DNA from: a bacterium
Lineage (GTDB): Bacteria > Hinthialibacterota > Hinthialibacteria > Hinthialibacterales > Hinthialibacteraceae
Reading direction: 5' to 3'
DNA: 64,000 bases
Assembly (NCBI GenBank): GCA_963662285.2
Contig: CAXXMV010000002.1
Location: forward strand, 64,001-128,000
In this document: positions 50,403 to 60,632 of the stretch, piece after piece
Numbering within the stretch: the stretch's first letter is position 1
Layout: each line of letters starts with the position of its first letter
Program-made: the position numbers and the translations under genes
Notes under the pieces: model-generated
The model's database searches: none
What the model saw: only the letters and a program-made list of their open reading frames with translations
Told to the model about the DNA's origin: nothing

Positions 50403-51551
50403 GTGAAGAATTTTGAATCATTACGCGTCCCCAAGTACGTACAACTTATGCTTCGTTTGCGTGACCAAATTGAAAACGGTTCTCTGAAACATGGAGATCC
50501 TCTCCCTACACGGGAGAAATTGATGAAGGAATACGAATTAAGTCTAAGTACCGTTACCAGAGCAATTTCAGAGTTGGAAAGACAGGGCTGGTTAATATCC
50601 CGGCAAGGCAGCGGAACATTTGTGGTTAAAAGAACCGAAACCAGCGATGAGGGAGTATCAGAAGGCACGACAGTCGGACTCCTGGTCCCTATTAACCGAT
50701 CTGATATTCAGCCGTTTGTTTTAGAATTTGTTCATGAATCCATCGAGCAGAATATTAATGTAGTTGTAATGTATGCTCCTGAGGATGAAGAATATGAGTT
50801 AAACCAGGCCAAGTTGCTGCTTGAAAAAGAAGTTAAAGCCTTGGTTTGGTTCCCTATTGAACCCAAAAGACATGTTAGCGTCGCTTCTCTTTTCCGCAAA
50901 AACCAAATTCCTGTAATTATTTGTGAAAAAGTGACGGACAAATTTGAACCTCCCTGGATTTGCGTAAGGAATGATTATTACGGCGGTACCAAAAGCGCTC
51001 TACAGCATTTCCTCGATCAAGGCCATAAGAGAATCGCTTATATTGGCCCAAAAGGTGGAGAGTCCGGTTTTGGTCCCATTATCGAAAGATGGAATGCATA
51101 TAAAGACACTATGAAAGAACACAACCTGTGGAATCCTGAAGAATTGGTGTTTACGCCATCTCTATTTAAGGATTTAACGGTTCATGCTCAGCGGCTGGAA
51201 TCAATCTTCAACCGTCCCAAATCTCCTACTGCAATAATCGCTTATGACGATACTACTGCATTGGATGCCGCCCATGGTCTTAAATCAATTGGATTGCGCG
51301 TTCCTGAAGACATCGCCATAATCGGGCATGGAGATTTCAGCAGCGGCAGATATTGCACTCCCCGCTTATCTACTGTATCGAATAGTTGGTCTGAGTATGT
51401 TGATTGTTTAATGAGATTATTGATGACAAAAGAGAGTAATGACAATAATCAGGAAACTGCTCAAAACGAGTGTGAAATTGTTATTCAACAAAGGTTGCTG
51501 ATTCGAGAATCAACTACTCAATCAACCGATGAAATGATGGCGGCAAGTTAA
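50403..51551 (+). CDS. GntR-HTH / LacI-type sensor transcription regulator (AraR-like)
   Basis: PKYVQL, GDPLPT..LSTVTRAISEL..RQGSGTFV, GHKRIAYI, RVPEDIAIIG and LLIREST. Confidence 0.9.
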   Translation: MKNFESLRVPKYVQLMLRLRDQIENGSLKHGDPLPTREKLMKEYELSLSTVTRAISELERQGWLISRQGSGTFVVKRTETSDEGVSEGTTVGLLVPINRSDIQPFVLEFVHESIEQNINVVVMYAPEDEEYELNQAKLLLEKEVKALVWFPIEPKRHVSVASLFRKNQIPVIICEKVTDKFEPPWICVRNDYYGGTKSALQHFLDQGHKRIAYIGPKGGESGFGPIIERWNAYKDTMKEHNLWNPEELVFTPSLFKDLTVHAQRLESIFNRPKSPTAIIAYDDTTALDAAHGLKSIGLRVPEDIAIIGHGDFSSGRYCTPRLSTVSNSWSEYVDCLMRLLMTKESNDNNQETAQNECEIVIQQRLLIRESTTQSTDEMMAAS

Positions 51552-51592
51552 ACAACGCCATTTGTTTTATTATCATACCCTTTGAAACAAAC

Positions 51593-51620
51593 GAGGCTCC
51601 TGTATACCTACAGGAGCCTC
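51593..51620 (+). terminator. Probable terminator hairpin
   Basis: GAGGCTCCTGTA-tacc-TACAGGAGCCTC. Confidence 0.7.
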
Positions 51621-51762
51621 TTCTATTTATCTAAAAACGGCAGTTAGATAATGATGAAAACGACAGATGCCAAAATCTTCAGGTTTCGAAAACAACCCCC
51701 TTTTGAATTCTCCCCCAACTTGGGGGCTACTCTCCAGACACAAATCAGGAGAGGAGAATGAA

Positions 51763-51842
51763 ACGGAGAACATCATAGAATAGGAAACATCATAGAATGG
51801 GGAGCATCATAGAGTGGGGAGCATCATAGAGTGGGGAGCATC
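51763..51842 (+). repeat. 17-bp tandem repeat (GTGGGGAGCATCATAGA) x4.7
   Basis: Units start at 51763, 51780, 51797, 51814 and 51831, and diverge leftwards. Confidence 0.85.
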
Positions 51843-52075
51843 GGCTTCTAGCCGGTGTGTCAAAGAAACCTATTAACCAGTCAACCAATTCCGAATGTCT
51901 CGTAGAATCCTTCCTCACATGCATGTTTGTGTTGTGATGTCGGATCACGTGCACATCCACCTGACGCCATTGGAAATTTCAAACCTTGGATATCACATTC
52001 GATCACAACAATACTTAATATTTGTATGAAGAGAACCGAAGGTATTGGCGCACCGGCTAGAAGCCGATGCTCCCC
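51833..52075. repeat. Perfect 25-bp inverted REP pair GGGGAGCATCGGCTTCTAGCCGGTG
   Basis: 51833-51857 and its reverse complement 52051-52075. Each copy is itself a hairpin. Confidence 0.88.
51890..52035 (+). pseudogene. Decayed REP-associated tyrosine transposase (RAYT) fragment
   Basis: 51922-51972 translates HVCVVMSDHVHIHLTPL, matching the RAYT/Y1 motif hawvvMPdHvHllltp. No intact ORF. Confidence 0.65.
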
Positions 52076-52255
52076 TTTTTTACGCACCCCTTTTTTATGC
52101 GCCCCTTTTTGATGCCCTCTTGATATTAGTAGAGTGTTTTTTTAGTTTATCAGAGGTAGGTGCATTGCCACTACTTCAATTCCACAACAATGTGTACGGA
52201 GAGTAGACTTGGGGGAGAGGCTGGGAGAGGGTTGATAATAACCACTCTCTCAAAG

Positions 52256-52289
52256 AAAAAACCGCCCTCTATGATGATGAGGGCGGTTT
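52256..52289 (-). terminator. Intrinsic terminator
   Basis: AAAAAACCGCCCTC-tatgatgat-GAGGGCGGTTT. Confidence 0.75.
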
Positions 52290-52319
52290 GTATAATTGTC
52301 TTATACTGTTTACTGCAAC

Positions 52320-54971
52320 TTATGGCGTGAAAGTTACTGTTTTTGTACTTTCAACGAAAAGACCTGAATCAGGATTTGTTACGCGAAGTCTATATTCGCG
52401 CGTTTCACCTTCCGGGATGGAAATATAGCCGCTTGAAATTTCCTGATGGATGATATCTTTATCAACTTCATTATCAACAAAGATTAGCGGCGCAATCTCT
52501 ATATCGAAGGTACTGGTAATTTCAGGAAGCGCAATGGCGTCTCCACCATCGACCGGAAGCAATTCGAGACGTGATATCGATTCTCCTTCGGCGCCGAAGG
52601 TTGAAAGACCACGGAAATTATCTCCATAAACGTCAAATGGATAAATAGTACTCGACAAAGACCATTCTTGAGAACTCCAATCGAGCGCATCCTCATAGAG
52701 TATAGGCGCCTGCGGTTCGTTTAATGCGAAGGTTGAATTAACCGGCTCGCCATTGCTAATACGAATGCCGGCGGTGATGGTTCCCGTAACGCTTAAGATC
52801 ATCGGAGAAAGTTCTAACGTAACTCCAGAGAAACCAACAAATACATTGGCTTTTCCTTCGACGCTTTCATTTACACGGCCAAGTTCGGCAAGTCTTTCAG
52901 CGATGACAATCTGGTTGATTTCTCCATTAACCACAAAGGGGATGCCGGAAATATCGATATTTAGCTGATTCGAAGAAACTCCATTTACCGTCCACAATAA
53001 AGAAAAGGCTTGATCCTGCTGAAGAGGATAATCCTCTGTCGCGGGATTAAACAGATATGCGCCAGCGCCCAGTTCGATATCGAACTGCGAGACATTAAGA
53101 TCACCGGAACCGGTTTGCAGATTCAAGTTATAGACATTGCTGGCATCATTTTCCAAACCGGAATATTCATTCTTAACCGAAATGGTTACCAGACCTGGAG
53201 AGAGCGTCTTTAGCTGTGCAGCGTCAAATACCAATTCATTCTCCGTCCGTTTCAGAAATTCACCCGGGAACTCGAATTTAATAGGATCATCCAGCCCTAT
53301 ATCTATAATCACGCTTGTACCGCCATTATCCGTCGCTCCAGAGAATGCCGGACGGAAGTTCTTGCCTAAAATACGGATAGTGGAATTGCTGGCGTTCAAG
53401 AAAAATGGCGATGGGCTAACCGTATCGATTACAGGCGTCGGCGCAGCGTTCATACGGAAGGTAAATGGCTCAGAAGAGGCTTCATCCGAACGAACAACTT
53501 TCAGTACTGCATTATCTTCTTGCGTCGGATTAGATAACCTGGGCAATGTAACAGAAATGCCATCAGCTGTTTCGCTGAAGCCCAGTTCAACATCAGCGCC
53601 ATCACGGGAGGTGAAGAGCACCTTCTCTATAGGCGTCAATCGGCTTCCCTGAATTATTATGCGGTTCTCGGTATCAACATAAATATCAGAACTATCCTGG
53701 CTGTAAACGCGTCGGATTATCGGCGCTCCACCGGTTCCTGAATCTGCATCGAAGATGCGAATATTATCAATGAAAATGCCTTCTTCATTAATCGACGAGT
53801 CGCTCTCAAACCGGAAAGCAATGCTCAAAGCTGCATCCTTCGGCAAACTGACTTCTATAGGAATAAAATCATCTTTGGTTAAAGGCCCATCTATATTGTC
53901 AGGATTGGAGTAAGCGAATAAACCATCAAATGTATCGGGCAGCAGAGACTGAGGATTATTTTCATCAAAGGCGAGCTTATCTGTGATAATCTTACCGTCG
54001 TTGTTGATATCAAGTATTTCCCAAGTATCTGAACCGGAGCGTTTGACTTCAATCACCATGAAGTCGCTGATATTTATAAATGGTTCTTCAAAGATAAATG
54101 CGGCTTCAAAAGAGAGCATAGGATCACCAGCTTGAGAGGTATCCATAGGCGAGCCGATTTCCATAACTGATGTCTGTCCGTTGTTGTATGAATATCTATT
54201 GGGATGTAGGGCCGCGCTTTTAGGATCGCTTAGCGCGATGCCTCTTTCCAACAATGGATCTAACTGATCTGTATTCAAGACGAACCAGGGTTCAATAAAA
54301 TTGGAATTCGGCATCCGGTCTTCAACAATTAGCTGATCTTCGTATGTGTAATCTAATGTTTTCATCCCGGCGTCTTCTAGTGAATCGGCTGTATCAAAGT
54401 TTGTGTAAAAGAACAAACCAACCGGCGTTGGAGTTGGCGTCCAGCTGGGGTCCACAGTCGGGGTTGGCGTAGGAGTAGCGACATCCGGCGTATAGGTTGG
54501 CGTCGGGGTTGGCGGCGCCTCTATTGTTGGCGTTGGCGTAGCTGTTGCTGTCGGAGTAGGCGTGTCCTCACCCGGTATTGACGTAGGCGTAGGCGGTTCA
54601 ACATCTATTGTTGGCGTCGACGTCGGCGTCGGTTCAACATCCAAGGTTGGCGTAGGCGTCGGTTCAATAATAGAGTTAAACCCATCGAGAAAAAGGAGTA
54701 AATCTTTGGCGCCGACAGTGCCATCGGCATCGAAATCAGCGGCGCTGTCGCTTGCTTTCCATAAGGTCATGAATAAAAATAAATCATGTTTGTCAACAAC
54801 CGAATTATTATTAAGGTCAAAAGTTGCGGTTAAGGGAATTTCCTGGCTATATCCACTTGTAATCCCAACTGTTAACAAAAGTGCGCCAATAAGAAAGTAG
54901 TGCGATAATGAGTCCTTAAATAAGAATGCTTTCCTGGTGTTTTTAGCCATTTGTTTCCCACTCCTCGGCAT
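52320..54971 (-). CDS. Secreted acidic surface protein: dockerin-like EF-hand pair, PT-rich linker, beta-sandwich and IPT/TIG-like domains
   Basis: Signal peptide, DLNNNSVVDKHDL..DFDADGTVGAKDL, about 80 aa of PTPT repeats, FRFESD..EGIFIDNI and PVIDTVSP..ILGKNF. Confidence 0.75.
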   Translation of the reverse strand: MPRSGKQMAKNTRKAFLFKDSLSHYFLIGALLLTVGITSGYSQEIPLTATFDLNNNSVVDKHDLFLFMTLWKASDSAADFDADGTVGAKDLLLFLDGFNSIIEPTPTPTLDVEPTPTSTPTIDVEPPTPTSIPGEDTPTPTATATPTPTIEAPPTPTPTYTPDVATPTPTPTVDPSWTPTPTPVGLFFYTNFDTADSLEDAGMKTLDYTYEDQLIVEDRMPNSNFIEPWFVLNTDQLDPLLERGIALSDPKSAALHPNRYSYNNGQTSVMEIGSPMDTSQAGDPMLSFEAAFIFEEPFINISDFMVIEVKRSGSDTWEILDINNDGKIITDKLAFDENNPQSLLPDTFDGLFAYSNPDNIDGPLTKDDFIPIEVSLPKDAALSIAFRFESDSSINEEGIFIDNIRIFDADSGTGGAPIIRRVYSQDSSDIYVDTENRIIIQGSRLTPIEKVLFTSRDGADVELGFSETADGISVTLPRLSNPTQEDNAVLKVVRSDEASSEPFTFRMNAAPTPVIDTVSPSPFFLNASNSTIRILGKNFRPAFSGATDNGGTSVIIDIGLDDPIKFEFPGEFLKRTENELVFDAAQLKTLSPGLVTISVKNEYSGLENDASNVYNLNLQTGSGDLNVSQFDIELGAGAYLFNPATEDYPLQQDQAFSLLWTVNGVSSNQLNIDISGIPFVVNGEINQIVIAERLAELGRVNESVEGKANVFVGFSGVTLELSPMILSVTGTITAGIRISNGEPVNSTFALNEPQAPILYEDALDWSSQEWSLSSTIYPFDVYGDNFRGLSTFGAEGESISRLELLPVDGGDAIALPEITSTFDIEIAPLIFVDNEVDKDIIHQEISSGYISIPEGETREYRLRVTNPDSGLFVESTKTVTFTP

Positions 54972-55194
54972 TAATTGTGCATCTTCGCCATTTAATTGTT
55001 AAAAAAATTTTGGGGATGGGTGGTTTTTCGGTTCAGATTTCAAGCCTAATACCACCATATTGAGAAACTATAGCAGAGCCAACTCGTTTTGTCATGTTTT
55101 ATGGCAGTCTAACAAAAAAAAGAGCCAAGGCTTTCTTTGTGTGATTGGAAGGGTAGAATCCATTTAGTTGAAGTAATAAGGATTAATTTTATCA

Positions 55195-55698
55195 ATGAAT
55201 GAAAATAAGTCTTTTACCAGAATTGGCGTATTAGCTGATACTCATTTGCCGGAGTGCGGCTACTTATCTCTACAACTTTTAAGCGAATTGGAAAAAGTTG
55301 ATATCATCATCCATGTGGGCGATTTTTGCAATGAGCAGACTCTTAAGGATTTGCAGCAAATCGCTCCAGTCATCGCAGTCTATGGTAATATGGATGATGA
55401 CAATCTTAGAACGCTTCTTCCTGAGAAGAAAGTCATAGAAATAGAAGGCTTTAGCGTCGGGATTATTCATGGTTGGGGGCCGCCGAACGGTATCGAAAGA
55501 AGGATTCTTGGCGTCTTTAAGGATGTTGATATCATAATACATGGTCATTCACATATCCCTTGTTTTCAAAAGATCGAGGGGGTTTATATATTCAATCCAG
55601 GCAGTACTTCCATGAACCGGGATGGAACAGCCACTTTCGGGATTCTTGAACTTGGTGAAACGATCAACCATCAAATTATCCGGTTGGATGTTGTTTAG
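55195..55698 (+). CDS. YfcE/MJ0936-family metallophosphoesterase
   Basis: LADTH, HVGDF, VYGNMD, IHGW, HGHSH and FNPGS. Confidence 0.92.
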   Translation: MNENKSFTRIGVLADTHLPECGYLSLQLLSELEKVDIIIHVGDFCNEQTLKDLQQIAPVIAVYGNMDDDNLRTLLPEKKVIEIEGFSVGIIHGWGPPNGIERRILGVFKDVDIIIHGHSHIPCFQKIEGVYIFNPGSTSMNRDGTATFGILELGETINHQIIRLDVV

Positions 55699-55761
55699 AG
55701 AGTTTAAATCTATAATTTGATTGTTTTCGCATGTTGTCACGAAAAAATCAAGATAATTTCA

Positions 55762-57822
55762 TTATTTGTTTTTTCTGGATATAACCAGAATCGTATCTCC
55801 AATATCTAAACGCATCACTACCGAATCTAAAATAGGCGTAATGGAAAAATCCCTCCAACATTTGAAGGTATGTTGTAATTTATTTGCTTCCAGATAACTC
55901 CGGGTGCCGATTATCTCAAATCCGGCGTCGCTTAAGCCTTCAAGAAGGCTGCGGCGGGTGAAATATAGAAGATGCGTGTCGTTGGATAACCATTGCTGGC
56001 CATATTGATAATGAATAATGCTTTCAGCGCATGGCGTCTTCAGTTTTAACACACCCCCTGGTTTCAATAATCCATACAATTTTCTTAAAACCGGCTTATA
56101 GTTCGCTACATGCTCAATAACATCCATCATAGTTATCAAGTCAAAAGATTCATTTTCATAATCAGCTGCTTCAAGGGTTGTAAGGTAAACATCCAAACCA
56201 ACTGATTTTGCAATGCTTATCGCATTTTCATCCAAATCTATACCACTGACTGACCATTCCCGGCATTGATAATTAATCATAGTGGTTCCCACAGAGCATC
56301 CGACATCCAGCATTCGTCTATTTGAACCACATTGGTTTTCAAAATCCGCCAGTGAATATTCGGGTTCCCACCATTTTTCGTTTCTTTCTAACATAGCAGC
56401 CAGTTCATCCTTGGGTTGCGCAAGCGCTTGATCCAGTGTTTGGCGGAAAAAACGCTGCAATGAGCTGGCTTGAGCGGCGTCATTTGAATAGAGACCGGGA
56501 ATGGTTTCCGGCATGGGCTGTGGGTTGGCGTAATGAAAACCACAGGCAGCGCATTTTACCCGCACCCATTGCGACGCCGAATCAAAATAAACTGGTTCAA
56601 ATCCCTCTGATTGGCAATGAGGACAGGGAATAATGCGGTAACGAGATGTGCTAAGTAATTGATCGGTATGAAATTTCCAGTCAGTTCTTTTTTCCCGGAT
56701 ATTTTGAGAAAATTGTATATCTTCGGCATTCTTTTGCAGTATCTCATCAAGAGTATTTGCGTCTGGCATGCCTTGGGCGGCGCCTTCTTTGATTACCTGG
56801 TGGAAAAAAGCAGCCATTGGTTGAGCAGGATCAATCCTTAAAGCGTCTTCGAAATCAATCAGCGCTTTATCATATTGCTGGTCATGAAGCTGGACAATTC
56901 CGGCATTGGTGAAATGGATCGCATTGTTATTTCCAAGTTTTCGATAAAACAATGCTGCTTCTTGGTTTCTTCCGGTTGCGGCTAATGCATGAGCCAGAAG
57001 CGATTCTCCTTCGACCGGGAGAGAGGTTTCTTTGGATAAAATATCTAGCGCTGTTTTGGCGTGACCTGCATGTAAATGCGCCCTGGCTAATTGTACGGAA
57101 GCATTTTGCCCACCATTTTTTAAGGCAATGTTTCTCCAGATAATTTCTTTGTCGTATTCCGGAAAGAAAAAGTCCCTCTTCCGGTAAAGCGCATCAGCCG
57201 CGTTTGCAGCCCATGTTCCGTTATGGTTATCGATAGCGGCTATGCTGCGAGCCAGGATAAATGCCCATCCCCAGCGATTGTGCAGAGTGAATTTTTTGAA
57301 TAACCATCTTGCCAGAAGATTCCTGATAGATGGAATGAATAGAATATAAGCAAAAACCGTCGTAATAATGCCGGCGATTATTTTCTTGAATAGATTTCCC
57401 GGGATTGGATGCTCTGCAGAACAGGATTTTCTTAAACGAAAATATACTTTAAGCGCGGCGAATGATCGTCCCGCATGCAACAATGCTTCAACGGTCTCGA
57501 TTAAATAATCGCATGGCTCAATAGCAAGATTAACCGCGTTTTCAAAGGATTTAACGGTTTGGTCGATTAATCCTTTTTGAAAACAGATTCGTGCATGTAA
57601 ACGGTGTGCATCGGCGGAATCAGGTAATAGCGTCAACAAATGGTTTGCGGCCTGGTAGGCCTCTTCAATGAAGCCGTTACCATTCAAATTCCATGTGAGA
57701 TGCGCCCAGGCGTGTTCTGATTTCTGATGGTGTTCAGCATACTTGCGTAGTTCATCCAATGCGGTCGGTCCATCTTTTTGCAGCCGGATAAGGATAGCAT
57801 CAAAATTTGAAAGTTTATCCAT
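55762..57822 (-). CDS. TPR-containing class I SAM-dependent methyltransferase
   Basis: N-terminal TPRs, CPHC..CAACG zinc ribbon, MLDVGCSVG, FDLITMMDVIEH and LKPGGVL. Confidence 0.85.
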   Translation of the reverse strand: MDKLSNFDAILIRLQKDGPTALDELRKYAEHHQKSEHAWAHLTWNLNGNGFIEEAYQAANHLLTLLPDSADAHRLHARICFQKGLIDQTVKSFENAVNLAIEPCDYLIETVEALLHAGRSFAALKVYFRLRKSCSAEHPIPGNLFKKIIAGIITTVFAYILFIPSIRNLLARWLFKKFTLHNRWGWAFILARSIAAIDNHNGTWAANAADALYRKRDFFFPEYDKEIIWRNIALKNGGQNASVQLARAHLHAGHAKTALDILSKETSLPVEGESLLAHALAATGRNQEAALFYRKLGNNNAIHFTNAGIVQLHDQQYDKALIDFEDALRIDPAQPMAAFFHQVIKEGAAQGMPDANTLDEILQKNAEDIQFSQNIREKRTDWKFHTDQLLSTSRYRIIPCPHCQSEGFEPVYFDSASQWVRVKCAACGFHYANPQPMPETIPGLYSNDAAQASSLQRFFRQTLDQALAQPKDELAAMLERNEKWWEPEYSLADFENQCGSNRRMLDVGCSVGTTMINYQCREWSVSGIDLDENAISIAKSVGLDVYLTTLEAADYENESFDLITMMDVIEHVANYKPVLRKLYGLLKPGGVLKLKTPCAESIIHYQYGQQWLSNDTHLLYFTRRSLLEGLSDAGFEIIGTRSYLEANKLQHTFKCWRDFSITPILDSVVMRLDIGDTILVISRKNK

Positions 57823-57950
57823 ATTTCTTATTCTTTCAGGTGGAATTTCCGTTGTGAACCAAAAAATAACTAGTCTAGTATCTTAGATTATCTGATATAT
57901 AGTAGTCTTAGGAAGAAAATAAAAAAAAGGCTCTTTGGATAAAAGAAATC

Positions 57951-58985
57951 ATGAGTGACTGGTTTGAAGATTTACCCATCGAAGTAGTTAAAGGTGGAAA
58001 GAAGAAGGAACTTCCCGATTTCAAATTCAATTGGCGCAGCGGCGGCATAATCGGCTTGATTGCTCTTTTTCTACTGGTGCTTATAGTCTTCCAACCCTGG
58101 TTTACGGTTGGTCCGGGAGAGGTCGGCGTGGTGTTGCGCCTGGGGAAAATGAACCGTATTGTTTCTCCGGGATTTCATTTCCGGCTGCCCCGCCCGATAG
58201 AAACAGTCTATACCCCGAATATTAGATTACAAAGACGGGTAGAAATTGGTTTTCGCTCGAATTCCAATAATCCTGGAGCAACTTCTAGAGACGTCGCGGC
58301 TGAGAGCATCATGCTGACCGGGGATGAGAATATCATTGTAGCCAAGATGATTATTCAATACAAAATCGCCGATCCGGCAAAATACCTTTTCAATATTTAT
58401 GATGTAGAAAATACTCTGACCGATATCTCTGAAGCAGCTTTGCGCCAGGTAATAGGCGACTATCCCATTGAATCGGCGCTTACCGGCCAGCGCGATCAGC
58501 TGCAAATTGAAATCCAAAAAATTATTGAAGAAATCTCAGACCAATATGAAATTGGATTGTTAATTGATCAGGTGCAATTGCAAGAGACTCATGCTCCTGA
58601 TCCGGTTGAACCTGCTTTTGCGGATGTGTTCAACGCCCGTGAGGATCAAGCCCGAATAGAACGTGAAGCCGAGGCCTACCAGAATAAAGAAATGCCAAAG
58701 GCGGAAGGCGCTGTCAGAAAAATTCTTCAGGAAGCAGCATCCTATAGCGCTGAGCGGATCGCCAAATCAAAAGGTGAAGTCGAACGGTTCTCTGCAATCC
58801 TGAAAGAGTATGAGAATGCGCCTCAGGTGACCCGGCAAAGGCTTTATCTGGAAACTATGGAGAAAGTTCTGGCGAATAAATCGAAAGTCATTGTCGATTC
58901 CGATGACGGGCTGCTTAAATTGCTGAATGTGACTCCGAACGACCTGGGTTTACCTACGTCGTTGGATAGAAAGGAGTCAAACTGA
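57951..58985 (+). CDS. hflK: FtsH modulator HflK
   Basis: GVVLRLGK, MLTGDENII, EAEAYQN..PKAEG and RQRLYLETMEKVL. Confidence 0.95.
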   Translation: MSDWFEDLPIEVVKGGKKKELPDFKFNWRSGGIIGLIALFLLVLIVFQPWFTVGPGEVGVVLRLGKMNRIVSPGFHFRLPRPIETVYTPNIRLQRRVEIGFRSNSNNPGATSRDVAAESIMLTGDENIIVAKMIIQYKIADPAKYLFNIYDVENTLTDISEAALRQVIGDYPIESALTGQRDQLQIEIQKIIEEISDQYEIGLLIDQVQLQETHAPDPVEPAFADVFNAREDQARIEREAEAYQNKEMPKAEGAVRKILQEAASYSAERIAKSKGEVERFSAILKEYENAPQVTRQRLYLETMEKVLANKSKVIVDSDDGLLKLLNVTPNDLGLPTSLDRKESN

Positions 58986-60061
58986 TGAAATCACAAATTG
59001 GTTTAATTATCGCGGGAGTTGTTGCTCTCTTTATATTTATTGTCATCATCTCTTCAGCCTTTATTATCACTGAGGTCGATCAAGCCATTATTATTCAATT
59101 GGGTAGACCGGTTCGGGTTATAGCTGGAGATTCAGCCTTTACCGATAAGGTTGAATTGAAAAAAAGCGTTGAAGAATATTCCAGCCAAAGCAATTCAAAT
59201 GTTAAACTGAGTTTTGGCGCCGGGCTTTATTTCAAAATTCCCTTTTTGCAGCAAATAGAATATTTCGAGGATCGCATCCTCGAGTCAGACGCAGATCCGG
59301 CCCGCATTACAACAGGCGACCAGAAGAGAATTGTGGTCGATAGCTTTGCGCGTTGGCATATTGCCAATCCGCTTAAGTTCAGGCAGACGCTGGTTAACAT
59401 GCCGACCGCCTTGAACCGTCTGGATAATATTATCCGATCCGAACTGCGTAACCGTTTGGGTGAATGCAATTTCATTGAAATTATTCGCAGCACCAATCAA
59501 TTGCTGGATACGAAAATTGAAATTCCCGAACAAAAGAAGGTCTCAATTAAAATCGGGCGCAGCAAGATCATGGAAGATGTGACCAAGGTGTGCCGGAAAA
59601 CCGCCAAAGACTTCGGCATCTATATAATCGATGTTCGCATCAAGCGGGCTGATCCCCCTGAACAGAATATGAATGCCATTTATGAAAATATGAAAGCGGA
59701 GCGCGACAGGATCGCGGAAAAATACCGTGCGGAAGGGGCGCGCCAGGCGACATTTATTACGGCTAATACGGATCGTCAGGTTAAAATCATGCGCGCCGAA
59801 GCTGAAAGAGACGCCCAGATCATTATGGGGCAGGCGGATGCTGAAGCAGCCCGCATTTATGCCAGAGGATTCATCAAAGACGTCACGGGACAACCACCAA
59901 TTCAAATTCATGGTTTTGAAAGCGACCCTGAATTTTTCCGGTTTACCCGGTCCCTGGAAGCGCTTGAAAAATCGATTGATAACAATACTTCGCTGATTCT
60001 TAATACTAATAGCGATCTTTTACAGTTTATGAAAAGCCCGATGAGCGGGATCAACAATTAA
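58985..60061 (+). CDS. hflC: FtsH modulator HflC
   Basis: GLYFKIPF, DVRIKRAD, MKAERDRIA..RAEG and DPEFFRFTRSLEA. Confidence 0.95.
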   Translation: MKSQIGLIIAGVVALFIFIVIISSAFIITEVDQAIIIQLGRPVRVIAGDSAFTDKVELKKSVEEYSSQSNSNVKLSFGAGLYFKIPFLQQIEYFEDRILESDADPARITTGDQKRIVVDSFARWHIANPLKFRQTLVNMPTALNRLDNIIRSELRNRLGECNFIEIIRSTNQLLDTKIEIPEQKKVSIKIGRSKIMEDVTKVCRKTAKDFGIYIIDVRIKRADPPEQNMNAIYENMKAERDRIAEKYRAEGARQATFITANTDRQVKIMRAEAERDAQIIMGQADAEAARIYARGFIKDVTGQPPIQIHGFESDPEFFRFTRSLEALEKSIDNNTSLILNTNSDLLQFMKSPMSGINN

Positions 60062-60097
60062 TTCGTTTTTGTAATAATTTTGCAATAAAAGAGTTGA

Positions 60098-60454
60098 TTA
60101 TGCAGGCGGTTGAATTTTTTCAACCGCCTCTTTTATTGTTTTATAAACCGGCGCCAGTTCTATAGCGCAGGTTAATTCCAGTAGATACCGGATTCTATCT
60201 GAAGGATTTACAAAGGCGAACGCGTTTTTGTCCTTTTTGCTGATATTCTGAATGTGTTTGATGATAACGCCAATATCATGGCTGTTTAGTAGACGGGTTT
60301 CAGATAAATCAAGCAAGCAATAGTAGTTTTTCTTCTTTGCCATCTTGCCAAAAAGCTTTTCCAGCTTATTAATATCATTTGGATTCGATGAACCTTTGAT
60401 TTTTATAACCGTTACATTCCCAAGTTCTTCAGTTTCGAGCAGAAATCCTTCCAT
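60098..60454 (-). CDS. STAS domain (anti-anti-sigma-like) protein
   Basis: VTVIKIKG, LLDLSETRLLNSHDIGVI and NPSDRIRYLLELT..VYKTIKEAV. Confidence 0.85.
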   Translation of the reverse strand: MEGFLLETEELGNVTVIKIKGSSNPNDINKLEKLFGKMAKKKNYYCLLDLSETRLLNSHDIGVIIKHIQNISKKDKNAFAFVNPSDRIRYLLELTCAIELAPVYKTIKEAVEKIQPPA

Positions 60455-60632
60455 AATAACTAAATCCTAGTTTGATTAATTCGTAATATGGCCGATAATA
60501 AAAAATATTGTTTACTGGCCGTTACCTACATTCGTATTACTATAGCGGAAGTCTATTATATTTCTTATTGTTATTGAAAAGAAATTTTATTCCCGTTTAT
60601 TATACATTAAATATTACTATGAGGGACAATTA

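Larger units (their letters stand above)
51727..52206. mobile_element. IS4-type MITE-like element (480 bp) in a CTCCCCC REP, carrying a REP-RAYT relic
   Basis: TIRs CTACTCTCCAGACACA / TGTGTACGGAGAGTAG and a perfect 9-bp duplication ACTTGGGGG (51718-51726, 52207-52215). Confidence 0.75.

Noticed and set aside
51763-51857. Possible CRISPR array
   Set aside because: 17-bp head-to-tail units with no unique spacers and no cas genes. The units derive from the adjacent REP end.
54420-54665. GGCGT(A/C/T) repeats as a DNA repeat element
   Set aside because: Simply the Pro-Thr linker codons.
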